NCBI GenBank assembly: GCA_964016885.1
Contig: OZ024742.1
Coordinates: forward strand, 29,450,001 to 29,514,000
Origin: Eledone cirrhosa
Lineage: Eukaryota
Direction: 5' to 3'
Length of the DNA stretch: 64,000 nucleotides
Under the pieces are notes generated by a model that searched no databases, was not told where the DNA came from, and saw only the letters and a program-made list of their open reading frames with translations. The translations under genes were made by a program, and so were the position numbers. Of the stretch, positions 11,532 to 23,212 are shown piece by piece; position 1 is the first letter of the stretch; each line of letters starts with the position of its first letter.

Positions 11532-14002
11532 GCTTTCTTTATTAAGCACAAGGGTTTACATAAAGTAGACATTAAGGACAGTACAGGACAATACAGGACG
11601 GTACAAATGGGCATTTCTGCGTGTAAAAAACAAGAAACAGAGGATGTAATAAAAGAACAATGAAAAAATTCCCCAATAGGGGATCCGTCCTACACGTGAC
11701 AGCAGGTGTTCGACATAAACCCAGAAGTCAGCAATGCTCGGACATTGGACGAGTGCGTGCAGGACAGTTTCGTCGCCCTGCGCGCATCTCGGACATGCCC
11801 GGCTGACGGCACCTCCATGCCTGTAAAGTTTATCCCGAACTGGCAAAGCTCCTCGGTAGCACTGCCAGGCCAGGGATTTCTGGAAGTTGTCCATAGGCCC
11901 CGGCCCGAAAGTTCTTCCGAAGAGATTGGCTAGTTGATTTTCGTCGACGCCTAGAGTTTCCGTAAGTATGTCGTCGCTCTTCCCCTCCACTAATCCTCTA
12001 TAGAACGCCAAGGTGGAGTTTCCACCGATCACATTGCCCGATTGGTCGAGGGCTGTGAACGCCTGAAGACATTCCAGTCTCCAAGCGCTCCCTCACGGTC
12101 TTCGCTTGACCCAGGACTGCAGCTCCATCAAGGAGTCGAGCTGGGGAAAGACGCGTATAGCAAACGGCGACCACACCTGATCACCGTCGAGGAAGAGGTG
12201 GAGATGTCGTAGCCTGAGCGCGTGTCTGCGTATCATCAGCCACGGCATGCTCAGCCCTCCACGTAGCGGGTGTTGACAGCAGATGAACCGCCTGACCATC
12301 GAAGCGCGTCCCTTCCACAAAAAGCGAAAGAGCAAACGTTCCAGCGCAGTCAGGCGTGGCTTAGGACAAGGTACGACGGTCAGGTGGTAGTAGATGACGG
12401 ACGCGATGTACGCGTTATCCACCTCCGCTCGACCTTTCATGGATAGCTTCCTCTCCGCCCATTTCTGGGTGAGAGAAGCCACCCTGCTCGTCACCTCGTC
12501 CCAGTATTTGTCCGTCTGGAGGTCCGGACCGAACCAGAGCCCTAGCAATTTAACCGGTCCGTCCATCGCCCGACGACGCTGTTGGACGGCATGGACCTGC
12601 CTCTCCAGGTGCCGAGCTGCAGTCCCACTAACTTTTCCTGGTTGATCATTGCTCCTGTCACCGCTTCGTATTATCTTAGTGTAGTGCCGGTCGCCTCGAT
12701 GTGTTTGGCGTTCGACACCACTACGGTGACATCGTCCGCATATGCTGACACGGATCTTCCGCATCCTAGTTCGCGCGGGATCCCCCTCAACGTCTCCAGT
12801 TTGTACAGTAATGGCTCGAGAGTCAATACGTACAAGAGTGACGAGAGGGGACATCCTTGGCGGACCGAGCGCATGATGTTGAACGGTTCCGAAAGGTAAC
12901 CGTTCACTCTCACCACAGAGAAGATGTCGCTGTGCATGGCAGCGATCCAGCCTCTGGGGACGGGCCCAAAGCCAGCCGCCCTAGGACTGCCGCTAGGTAA
13001 CGATGGTCGACCCTATCGAAAGCTTTCGACTGATCTAAATTGATCAAGGACCCACCCGTGCCAGATTCCCTAGCTACCCTCTCTACGATGTATCGCATGA
13101 GGTGGAGGTTGTCGTGGATGGATCTGTCGGAAATGGCGCATGTCTGCGCCTCTCCCACCAGACCACCAATGACAAGCGCGAACCTCTTTGCTAGCACCTT
13201 GGCCAAAATCTTGAACTCTGTGTTTAGCAGAGTTATGGTCCTGAAATTATCTATGTTATCCCCCTTGTTCGGATCCTTTCTCAGCAGCGCCACCGCTCCT
13301 CGGCTCACAGAGCTTGGAATTCGCCCGTTCTGCTGCCAGTTGCAGTAGACGTCTACCAAGAGGTCTTCGAACAAGTCTGACATATGTATGTAAAATTCCT
13401 AGGGCGGACCATCCAAACCAAGCGATTTACCCATTGTGCAGCTAGTCATTGCCTCCCGTACCTCAGCAGCTGTTATCGGCCTTTCGCAACACTCCGTCCC
13501 AGTGGCCGAGAGCCGCGGCAGTCCGTCGAGGTAGACACTGAAGTCCATTCCGCGATGCGGCCCGCCATTGCCCCCGAATAGCTGAGCAAAGTGCTGCTGA
13601 AAAGCCGCACACATCTGCCCGGGATCGAGTATCATGTGCCCTTCGTGGTTCGCCAAAGACTGGATCATGGCTTTGTTGCGACGATGCGCCTCCGCCACCC
13701 GGGCCCATTGAACGGCTTTTGTCCCCTCGTGTCTGAGAGCACGCACCCTAGCTCTGACATCGCAACCTTCGTGTTTAGCGTTGAAAAATTGGTCGAGTGC
13801 CAATTTCGTCGCAAGCACGTCGGTCGCGATGCCTTTACTAAGCGCCTCGTCTAATTTCTTAACTATATTTCCTTCTGCTCTATTTTTCTCTGTTACTAGC
13901 GCTTTACTAAACCTAATGGACTCTATTATAATAGCTCTTTTCAGGGCAAACCACCATTTGTTGTTGACGATGGCCCCTGTCAACGCCCGCTTAACTAATT
14001 CG
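11532..14002 (-). mobile_element. Tx1/L1-clade LINE copy 1, 5'-truncated, frameshifted ORF2 (linker, RT, CCHC), internal deletion near 11680
   Basis: KSLGLDG, FRTITLLNTEFKILAK, LDQSKAFDRVDH, RQGCPLS, AYADD, CPRC...ETVLHALVQC; polyA signal at ~11538. Confidence 0.95.
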
Positions 14003-14345
14003 AATAATAATGTTTCTAATTTTGGTATAAGGCCAGCAATTACCCCAGGATGAAAGACAAAGTTAATTTGGCAGGATTTGAACTTAGAACGTAAAGGGGC
14101 ATAACTCTATGCTGCAAAGCCTGGCGTTTGACGCTCTAAAACGTATAATGGTTTGTCATATAGGTACAAGGACAGCAATTTGGGTGGAGGGGAAAGTTGA
14201 TTAAATTGACTCCAATGTATTACTGGTACTTTATTTTATCCACCCCATAAGGATGAAAGGCAAAGTTTACCTGTGGTGGGATTTGAAATCAGAAAGTTTA
14301 GGGCCATAACTCCATGCTGCAAAGCTTGGCTTCTGACGCTCTAAA
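14003..14345 (-). mobile_element. Two adjacent SINE family B copies
   Basis: ggatgaaag.caaagtt and gatttgaa motifs occur twice; the (ATT)n tail of the first abuts the Tx1 5' truncation point. Confidence 0.8.
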
Positions 14346-14482
14346 CCGCATAAAGAGAAGGAAACCAGTGGTAAGAAAGTTGTTGAGTCAGCATATTGGT
14401 TTATTTACAGAATCATTTAACAGAATCTGGAACAGCTGTCATGACAGTCAACTAGGAATTTCAACATTTCATTGGAACCTGT

Positions 14483-17110
14483 TGTGTGTGTTTGTGTGAG
14501 TGGCTGTATGTGTTGTGTGTGTGTTGGTGTGTGAGTGGCTGTATGTGTTGTGTGTTGTGTGTGAGTGGCTGTATGTGGTGTGTGTGTGTGTTTGTGTGAG
14601 TGGCTGTATGTGTTGTGTGTGTGTTGGTGTGTGAGTGGCTGTATGTGTTGTGTGTTGGTGTGTGAGTGGCTGTATGTGTTGTGTGTTGGTGTGTGAGTGG
14701 CTGTATGTGTTGTGTGTGTGTTGGTGTGTGAGTGGCTGTATGTGTTGTGTGTTGGTGTGTGAGTGGCTGTATGTGTTGTGTGTTGTGTGTGAGTGGCTGT
14801 ATGTGGTGTGTCTGTGTTGGTGTGTGAGTGGCTGTATGTGTTGTGTGTTGTGTGTGAGTGGCTGTATGTGTTGTGTGTTGTGTGTGAGTGGCTGTATGTG
14901 GTGTGTCTGTGTTGGTGTGTGAGTGGCTGTATGTGTTGTGTGTTGTGTGTGAGTGGCTGTATGTGTTGTGTGTGTTGGTGTGTGAGTGGCTGTATGTGTT
15001 GTGTGTGTTGGTGTGTGAGTGGCTGTATGTGTTGTGTGTGTTGGTGTGTGAGTGGCTGTATGTGTTGTGTGTGTTGGTGTGTGAGTGGCTGTATGTGTTG
15101 TGTGTGTGTTTGTGTGTGAGTGGCTGTATGTGGTGTGTCTGTGTTGGTGTGTGAGTGGCTGTATGTGGTGTGTGTTGTGTGTGAGTGGCTGTATGTGTTG
15201 TGTGTGTGTTGCTGTGTGAGTAGCTGTATGTGTTGTGTGTTGTGTGTGAGTGGCTGTATGTGTTGTGTGTGTGTTGGTGTGTGAGTGGCTGTATATGTTC
15301 TGTGTGTTGGTGTGTGAGTGGCTGTATGTGTTGTGTGTGTTCGTGTGTGTGTGGCTGTATGTGTGGTGTGTATGTTGTGTGTGAGTGGCTGTATGTGGTG
15401 TGTCTGTGTTGGTGTGTGAGTGGCTGTATGTGTGGTGTGTGTGTTGTGTGTGAGTGGCTGTATGTGTTGTGTGTGTGTTGGTGTGTGAGTGGCTGTATGT
15501 GTTGTGTGTTGTGTGTGAGTGGCTGTATGTGTTGTGTGTGTGTTGGTGTGTGAGTGGCTGTATGTGTTGTGTGTTGTGTGTGAGTGGCTGTATGTGTTGT
15601 GTGTGTGTTGGTGTGTGAGTGGCTGTATGTGTTGTGTGTTGTGTGTGAGTGGCTGTATATGTTCTGTGTGTTGGTGTGTGAGTGGCTGTATGTGTTGTGT
15701 GTGTTCGTGTGTGTGTGGCTGTATGTGTGGTGTGTATGTTGTGTGTGAGTGGCTGTATGTGGTGTGTCTGTGTTGATGTGTGAGTGGCTGTATGTGTTGT
15801 GTGTGTGTTGGTGTGTGAGTGGCTGTATGTGTTGTGTGTGTGTTGGTGTGTGAGTGGCTGTATGTGTTGTGTGTGTTGGTGTGTGAGTGGCTGTATGTGG
15901 TGTGTGTGTGTGTTGGTGTGTGAGTGGCTGTATGTGTTGTGTGTGTTTGTGCGTGAGTGGCTGTATGTGTTGTGTGTGTGTTGGTGTGTGAGTGGCTGTA
16001 TGTGTTGTGTGTTGTGTGTGAGTGGCTGTATGTGTTGTGTGTTGTGTGTGAGTGGCTGTATGTGTTGATGTGTGAGTGGCTGTATGTGTTGTGTGTGTTG
16101 GTGTGTGAGTGGCTGTATGTGTTGTGTGTGTGTTGGTGTGTGAGTGGCTGTATGTGTTGTGTGTGTTGGTGTGTGAGTGGCTGTATGTGTTGTGTGTGTT
16201 GGTGTGTGAGTGGCTGTATGTGTTGTGTGTGTTGGTGTGTGAGTGGCTGTATGTGTTGTGTGTGTGTGTTGGTGTGTGAGTGGCTGTATGTGTTGTGTGT
16301 GTTTGTGCGTGAGTGGCTGTATGTGTTGTGTGTGTGTTGGTGTGTGAGTGGCTGTATGTGTTGTGTGTTGTGTGTGAGTGGCTGTATGTGTTGTGTGTTG
16401 TGTGTGAGTGGCTGTATGTGTTGTGTCTGTGTGTTGGTGTGTGAGTGGCTGTATGTGTTGTGTGTGTGTTTGTGTGTGAGTGGCTGTATGTGTTGTGTAT
16501 GTGTTGTGTGTGAGTGGCTGTACGTGTAGTGCGCGTGTTGTGTGTGAGTGGCTGTATGTGTTGTGTGTGTGTTGTGTGTGAGTGGCTGTATGTGTTGTGT
16601 ATGTGTTGTGTGTGAGTGGCTGTATGTGGTGTGTGTGTGTTGTGTGTGAGTGGCTGTATGTGTTATGTGTGTGTTGGTGCGTGAGTGGTTGTATGTGTTG
16701 TGTGTGTGTTTGTGTGTGAGTGGCTGTATGTGTTATGTGTGTGTTGGTGCGTGAGTGGCTGTATGTGTTGTGTGTGTGTTTGTGTGTGAGTGGCTGTATG
16801 TGGTGTGTCTGTGTTGGTCTGTGAGTGGCTGTATGTGTTGTGTGTGAGTGGCTGTATGTGTTGTGTGTGAGTGGCTGTATGTGTTGTGTGTGAGTGGCTG
16901 TATGTGTTGTGTGTGAGTGGCTGTATGTGTTGTGTGTTGTGTGTGAGTGGCTGTATGTGTTGTGTGTGAGTGGCTGTATGTGTTGTGTGTGAGTGGCTGT
17001 ATGTGTTGTGTGTGTGTTTGTGTGTGATGGCTGTATGTGGTGTGTCTGTGTTGGTCTGTGAGTGGCTGTATGTGTTGTGTGTGAGTGGCTGTATGTGTTG
17101 TGTGTGTGTT
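14483..17110. repeat. Minisatellite with fixed core gtgagtggctgtatgtg and variable TG-rich spacer (~22-33 bp units)
   Basis: Roughly 90 copies of the core. Confidence 0.95.
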
Positions 17111-17169
17111 ATAATAACAACAACAACAACAACCATAGCAATAACAACAACTACAACAACAACTACAAC

Positions 17170-17550
17170 AACCACATACACACATACACACACCACATAC
17201 ACACATATACACACGCACACACATAGACACCGCACCATATACACGCACACGTAATTATCATTATTGTTCATTCTCCTGTTGTTATTGCTGTTGTTGTTGC
17301 TGTTGTTGTTGCTGTTGTTGTTGCTGTTGTTGTTGCTGTTGTTGTTGTGGTTGTTGTTGTTGTTGTTGTTATTGCTGTGGTGGTTACCACAGCAATAACA
17401 ACAACAACAACAACAGCAACAACAACCACAACAACAACAGCAACAACAACAGCAATAACAACAGGCGAACGAACAATAATGATAATTACGTGTGCATGTA
17501 TATGGTGTGGTGTCTATGTGTGTATGTGGTGTGTGTATGTGGTGTGTGTA
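17170..17550. repeat. Inverted duplication of simple-sequence DNA
   Basis: gcacacgtaattatcattattgttc / gaacaataatgataattacgtgtgc; centre gctgtggt-ggtt-accacagc near 17385. Confidence 0.85.
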
Positions 17551-17584
17551 TGTGTGAATGTATGTGTGAGTCTCTGTGAGAGTG

Positions 17585-18255
17585 TATTTATGTGGGGGAG
17601 AGAAGGCCGTATGTGTATGTGTGTAAGTGTATGTCTGTGAATGCGAGGTTTTGTGAGTATCTGTGTGAGTGTATGTGTGTGTGGATGTATGTGTAGGGGG
17701 CATCGTGTGTGTATATGTACAGAGAGGGTTGATAAGGTTGTATGTGTATGTTTGTGAATGCGATGTTGTGTGAGTGTATGTGTGTGTGGATGTATGTGTA
17801 GGGGGCATCGTGTGTGTATATGTATGTGGGGGAGAGTGGGTTGTATGTGTATGTGCGTAAGTGTATGTCTGTGAATGCGAGGTTGTGTGAGTATCTGTGT
17901 GAGTGTATGTGTGTGTGGATGTATGTGTAGGGGGCATCGTGTGTGTATATGTACAGAGAGGGTTGATAGGGTTGTATGTGTATGTTTGTGAATGCGATGT
18001 TGTGTGAGTGTATGTGTGTGTGGATGTATGTGTAGGGGGCATCGTGTGTGTATATGTACAGAGAGGGTTGATAGGGTTGTATGTGTATGTTTGTGAATGC
18101 GATGTTGTGTGAGTGTATGTGTGTGTGGATGTATGTGTAGGGGGCATCGTGTGTGTATATGTATGTGGGGGAGAGTGGGTTGTATGTGTATGTGCGTAAG
18201 TGTATGTCTGTGAATGCGAGGTTGTGTGAGTATCTGTGTGAGTGTATGTGTGTGA
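17585..18255. repeat. Tandem repeat of two interspersed ~100-130 bp variants
   Basis: ggatgtatgtgtagggggcatcgtgtgtgtatatgta recurs 5 times. Confidence 0.9.
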
Positions 18256-18457
18256 GTTCGAGGTCGCATGTCTATGTATGTCAATGTGTATGTATGTAAA
18301 GGAGAAGGGTATGTGTGTATGTGTGTAAAGGGGAAAGTTGTGTGTGTATGTGTGTAAAGTGGAGGGTGTGTGTGTATGTGCCTCTGTGTATGTGTGTGTG
18401 GGTGGGTGATCGCGTTTCAGTTTACAAACAAGCGGTAAATACATACTGTAATATAAC

Positions 18458-18494
<37 letters not shown>

Positions 18495-18519
18495 GTATGT
18501 ATGTATATGTATATACATA

Positions 18520-18558
<39 letters not shown>

Positions 18559-18571
18559 TATATTATATTAC

Positions 18572-18797
18572 AGGTGAATTGGCAGTATTGGTAGAGGGTC
18601 AGACATGCTTACCAGCGTAGTTACGTCCCTTTACGATCTGAGTTCAAATCCCACCGAGGTTAACTTTGCCTTTCTTCTTACGGGGTCGATAAAATAAAGT
18701 ACCAGTAATACTTTATTTTATGTGCCAAAAGTAGAAACAATTATATTATATTATAAAATAAAGTACCAGTAATGTACTGAGTAATTGCTGGCCTTGT
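18572..18797 (+). mobile_element. SINE family B with locally duplicated 3' part
   Basis: ggtgaattggcagtattgg head, gagttcaaatccc, taaaataaagtaccagtaat twice. Confidence 0.8.
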
Positions 18798-18934
18798 ATA
18801 TTATATTATATTATATTATATGTATATTATATTATATTATATTATATATATATATTATATTATGTATGCGTGAGGCTTGTATGTATGTCTGTGTTTATAT
18901 ATGTGTGTATATATATATAGGTGTGTGTATAAAC

Positions 18935-18963
18935 ATATATGTACATGTTTATGCGTGTGTTGC

Positions 18964-19017
<54 letters not shown>

Positions 19018-19027
19018 CGTGTGTTGC

Positions 19028-19058
<31 letters not shown>

Positions 19059-19083
19059 ATGTATGTATGTATGCGTGTGTTGC

Positions 19084-19117
<34 letters not shown>

Positions 19118-19435
19118 AATGTATGTATGTATGTATGCGTGTGTATACAAAGAGGTTTATCGACTATTGCAGCGTTTCTACGGAAGCCATTGTGTTTTGA
19201 TGTCCTTTGTTCAGTACAATCACATATATTACTGCATAATAAATAAATCTATACACCACTTATATACACACCTTCTTACAACAGTTCCTTCTTTCATATA
19301 CACACTGATACACATATATACATAGGTCATAAACATCTACATACACTGACACACATATACACAGGTTTTACATATGTATACACACTGACAGATATTTATA
19401 CATAGGTTATACACATACTTACTCTGACACACACT

Positions 19436-19472
<37 letters not shown>

Positions 19473-19610
19473 GTACATACTATGACATACATATATCACA
19501 CACTGACACACATATACATAGGTTATACACATACTTACACTGACATACATATATACATACTGACACACACACAGACACACATATACATATATATACATGT
19601 ACATACTCTC

Positions 19611-19641
<31 letters not shown>

Positions 19642-21060
19642 CACACCGACACACATATACATATGTTATACACATACATACACTGACACACATATATGTA
19701 TATTATACACATATGACATACTGACCTATACACATATACACAATCTGACATACTTACATATACACATACATACATGCAACATTATATAACACACACATAT
19801 ATATACACATTGATTCAATGTCATATAAACACACTCAAACCTATGTAATGCTATATACGTACACATACATACACATATTCTATGTTATACAAACACATAC
19901 ACATACACAGCTATTTATATAAACACACACAGCTGTTTAATACAGTACAAACACAAACACACACATCTATAATGCTATACAAATACTCACACTTATTTAA
20001 CGCTACATAAGCATATAAGCACATACATTAATGTACAAATACACACACACACGCACGCATAAACACACACAAACAATATTATATAAACACACACATATAA
20101 CTAATAATGGTAACACACATATATGCACACCTAATCAATGTTACACACACAGACACATACACATACACATACACACTCACATACACTCCCACACACGCAC
20201 TCCGCACAATACTCACACACAAACACACTCACACTCGCTCCGCACACACTCAGACACTCACACAAACACACACACGCTCATACTCACCTAATCAACGTTT
20301 CACAAACACACCGCACACACTCACACTCACACTCGCTCCGCACATACTCACACACGCACAAAAACATACACGCTCACACTTACCTAATCAACCTTTTACA
20401 CACATACAGACACATTGAGACACACACTAAGCTAATGCTTTATAAACACACACATACTTCTGTATCATGCTCTATTACACACATTACACACATATAAAGC
20501 TAATGACTGTTACACACACCTACACACACACCTACACACTCACCTACACACACCTACACACTCCTACACACACACCTACACACACTCCTACATAAACACC
20601 TACACACACACCTAAACTCACCTACACACACCTACACACACCTACACACACCTACACAATCAACTATGCACACACCCACACACACACTCGTACACACACA
20701 CACCTACACACACACACTCCCCCCCCCCCCCACACACACACCTACACACACACACACTCCTACACACGCACACCTACACACGAAACACAGTGACAGAGAG
20801 CCATAAACCACACACCTACACACACACTCCTACACACACACAGCTACACACACACAGTGACAGAGCCATAAACCACACACATACACACATACTGTTACAC
20901 ACACACCCCTACACACACATACCTACACACACACACCTACACACACACACACATACCCCCCCCCCCACACACACACATACACACATACATACCTACACAC
21001 ACACACTCACCTACACACACACACCTACACACACACAGTAACAGAGAGCTATAAACCACA
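18935..21060. repeat. CA/TA-rich low-complexity region including a ~60 bp x4 tandem and (acacctac)n
   Basis: Directly visible. Confidence 0.85.
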
Positions 21061-21324
21061 CAGCTAATATTAAAGTTGTTACAGTGGTTATCTTTAAGAA
21101 TATCCGCCATTTTGACAACATCAAACTCTGTTCTCAACACCGTGTCTCGCTTCATTTGTATCAAGGTAACACGGCTGAATGACTTCAGGTGTTATATTGG
21201 ACCTATTCAATCGTAAGGTTTTGAGTTCAAACCCGGGCTGCTAGTTTCATGTTCAGCTTCGCTTCTTTTCCTTTCGGGTTTGTTTATTTGTTTGTTATTG
21301 TTTTGTGTTTTTTTAAGGTAAAGA

Positions 21325-21488
21325 TTGTTGTTCTGTAGTCATTGTTGTTGTTGTTGTTGTTGTTGTTGTGTTGTGCTGTTGCTGTCATTGTTGTTGTCAT
21401 TGTTGTTGTCATTGTTGTTGTTGTTGTTCCGTTGTGATGTTGTTGTCATTGTCGTTGTTATTGTTGTTGTTGTTGTCATTGCTGTTGT

Positions 21489-21519
<31 letters not shown>

Positions 21520-21975
21520 CTGTTGTTCTGTTGTCATTGTCGTTGTCATTGTTGTTGTTGTGGTTGTTGTTGTTGCTATTGTTGTTGCTGTCATTGTTGT
21601 TTTTTTTGTTGCTGCTGTTGTCATTGTTGTCATTGTTGTTGTTGTTGTTGTCATTGTTGTTATTGTTGATGTTGCTGTTGTTGTTGATGTTGTTGTTGCT
21701 GTTGCTGTTGTTGTTGTTGTCATTGTCATGGTTGTGGTTATTGCTGTTGTCATTGTTGTTGTCATTGTTTTTGTTATTGCTGTTGCTGCTGTCATTGTTG
21801 TTTTTGTTGTTGCTGTTGTTGTTGTCATTGTTGTTTTTGTTATTGCTGTTGTTGTCATTGTTGTTATTGTTGTTGTTGCCATTGTTGATGTTGCTGTTGT
21901 TGTCATGGTTGTTGTCATTGTTGTTGTTTTTGCTGTTGTTGTAGTCATCGTTGTTGGTGTTGTTGTAGTTTGTTG
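21325..21975. repeat. Degenerate (GTT)n/(GTCATTGTT)n tract
   Basis: Directly visible; poly-V/L/C/T ORFs are artefacts. Confidence 0.95.
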
Positions 21976-22027
21976 TGTGTATTTCTCCGGTTCAGCTCTC
22001 TGTCAAAGTTGTCCAGTTACTAATAGG

Positions 22028-22195
22028 GATGCATCATGGCCTAAATGGTTAAGAGATTTGCTTTCCAGTCATAAGGTCTCGTGTTCGACCATCACTGGGT
22101 GACATCTTAGACAAGTGTCATTTACCATATCCCCGGGTCAACCCCTCTCTTATCAGTAAAATTGGGTTGACAGAAATTATTTGGAAGCTCATCAG
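22028..22195 (+). mobile_element. tRNA-headed SINE (family C), degenerate
   Basis: tggcctaaatgg A-box, gtgttcgacc B-box, caagtgtc...ggaagc body related to 36058-36210. Confidence 0.65.
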
Positions 22196-22311
22196 TCGAA
22201 TAGATCGAGTTGTATAGAAATAAGTATTTATATTAATAGATACGAGATTAATCTGACGTTGCAAATGGTTCAGGTAGACAAAGATTGATTAATTCGTAAT
22301 ATAATCAGCTT

Positions 22312-22366
22312 GTCTCCCCACAGCCCCGGCGGACAGAATGGAGAAAGCGTTTCCTCGGAGGACGGC
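22312..22366 (-). mobile_element. Very short CRE-clade 3' fragment
   Basis: Reverse complement gccgtcctccgaggaaacgctttctccattctgtccgccggggctgtgggga closely matches 37578-37630. Confidence 0.8.
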
Positions 22367-22409
22367 TTCAAAGGATCAGCCTTGTCACATACTCTACCAC
22401 GCCGAATCT

Positions 22410-22540
22410 CCCTGAGATTTCATTGGTTAGAAGGTTGAGCTTCCAATCATAAGATGAGTTCAATTCTCGGAACAGGCAGTGAGTTGTGTCCTTGTGTAAG
22501 ACACTTTATTTCCCGTTGCTCCAGATCACTCAGCTGTAGA
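22410..22540 (+). mobile_element. Degenerate CORE-like SINE
   Basis: gagttcaattc, gttgtgtccttg..aagacactttatttc...cactcagctgta. Confidence 0.6.
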
Positions 22541-22774
22541 ATACTATATATTCTCAAGACTGTGTGTGTGACAGAAGCGAGATACACAATCTTGACAAAG
22601 GGCAAAGGACCCAGAAATAATATTATTGTCAATTGTTTCTCTCTGTCACTGCTAGAACAAAAGGATGACAATGGTCATCTAAAACCACATAAAGTAATGA
22701 GGCTGTTTGCTTGCAAACGAATCGAATGTTATTATTATTCGATATAAAACTCACGAATGCATATATATATATAT

Positions 22775-22915
22775 TTAGTCCAGAATTAGCCGTCGAAACG
22801 GCTTGAGCTCAGCCGTCGGGGTCCTACTCGTTCCTATTGCCCACTCTACTACCCTAAGTATTGAGTACTTTGGTGCGTTATGGTCCACCTGGTTCCTTAC
22901 CACATTTCTTCCGTT
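22775..22915 (+). repeat. Dispersed repeat end flanked by (TA)n; second copy on minus strand at 58993-59110
   Basis: ggggtcctactcgttcctatt...taagtattgagtactttggtgcgttatggtcca...ggttccttaccac near-identical to the reverse complement of 59000-59098. Confidence 0.8.
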
Positions 22916-22929
22916 ATATATATATATAT

Positions 22930-22976
<47 letters not shown>

Positions 22977-23212
22977 TGTTTCTTTATTAGCCACAGGGGC
23001 ACAAAAGAAGGGGACAAATACAAAGGGGGAAGTTTACATACAATAAAAACGTGTAAAATTTTATCACAAATGCAATTTAAAAAGTTAGTCGATTTTCCCC
23101 AATAGGGGGAGACAGTTTATATGGGTAACACATACCCCCGAAAAAATGTGCAACCCTCATCTCGAGGAGTACGAAGAGTTTGTACACCTTTCCTCTCCTC
23201 CTTTTCCTCAAC

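Noticed and set aside
14483-17110. CRISPR-like repeat-spacer appearance
   Set aside because: Spacers are low-complexity TG rather than unique; eukaryotic context; no cas genes
16663-18459. 598 aa His/Thr-rich ORF and the many YIYI, CVCV, poly-V/L ORFs
   Set aside because: Translations of stop-poor simple repeats; no domain or splice evidence
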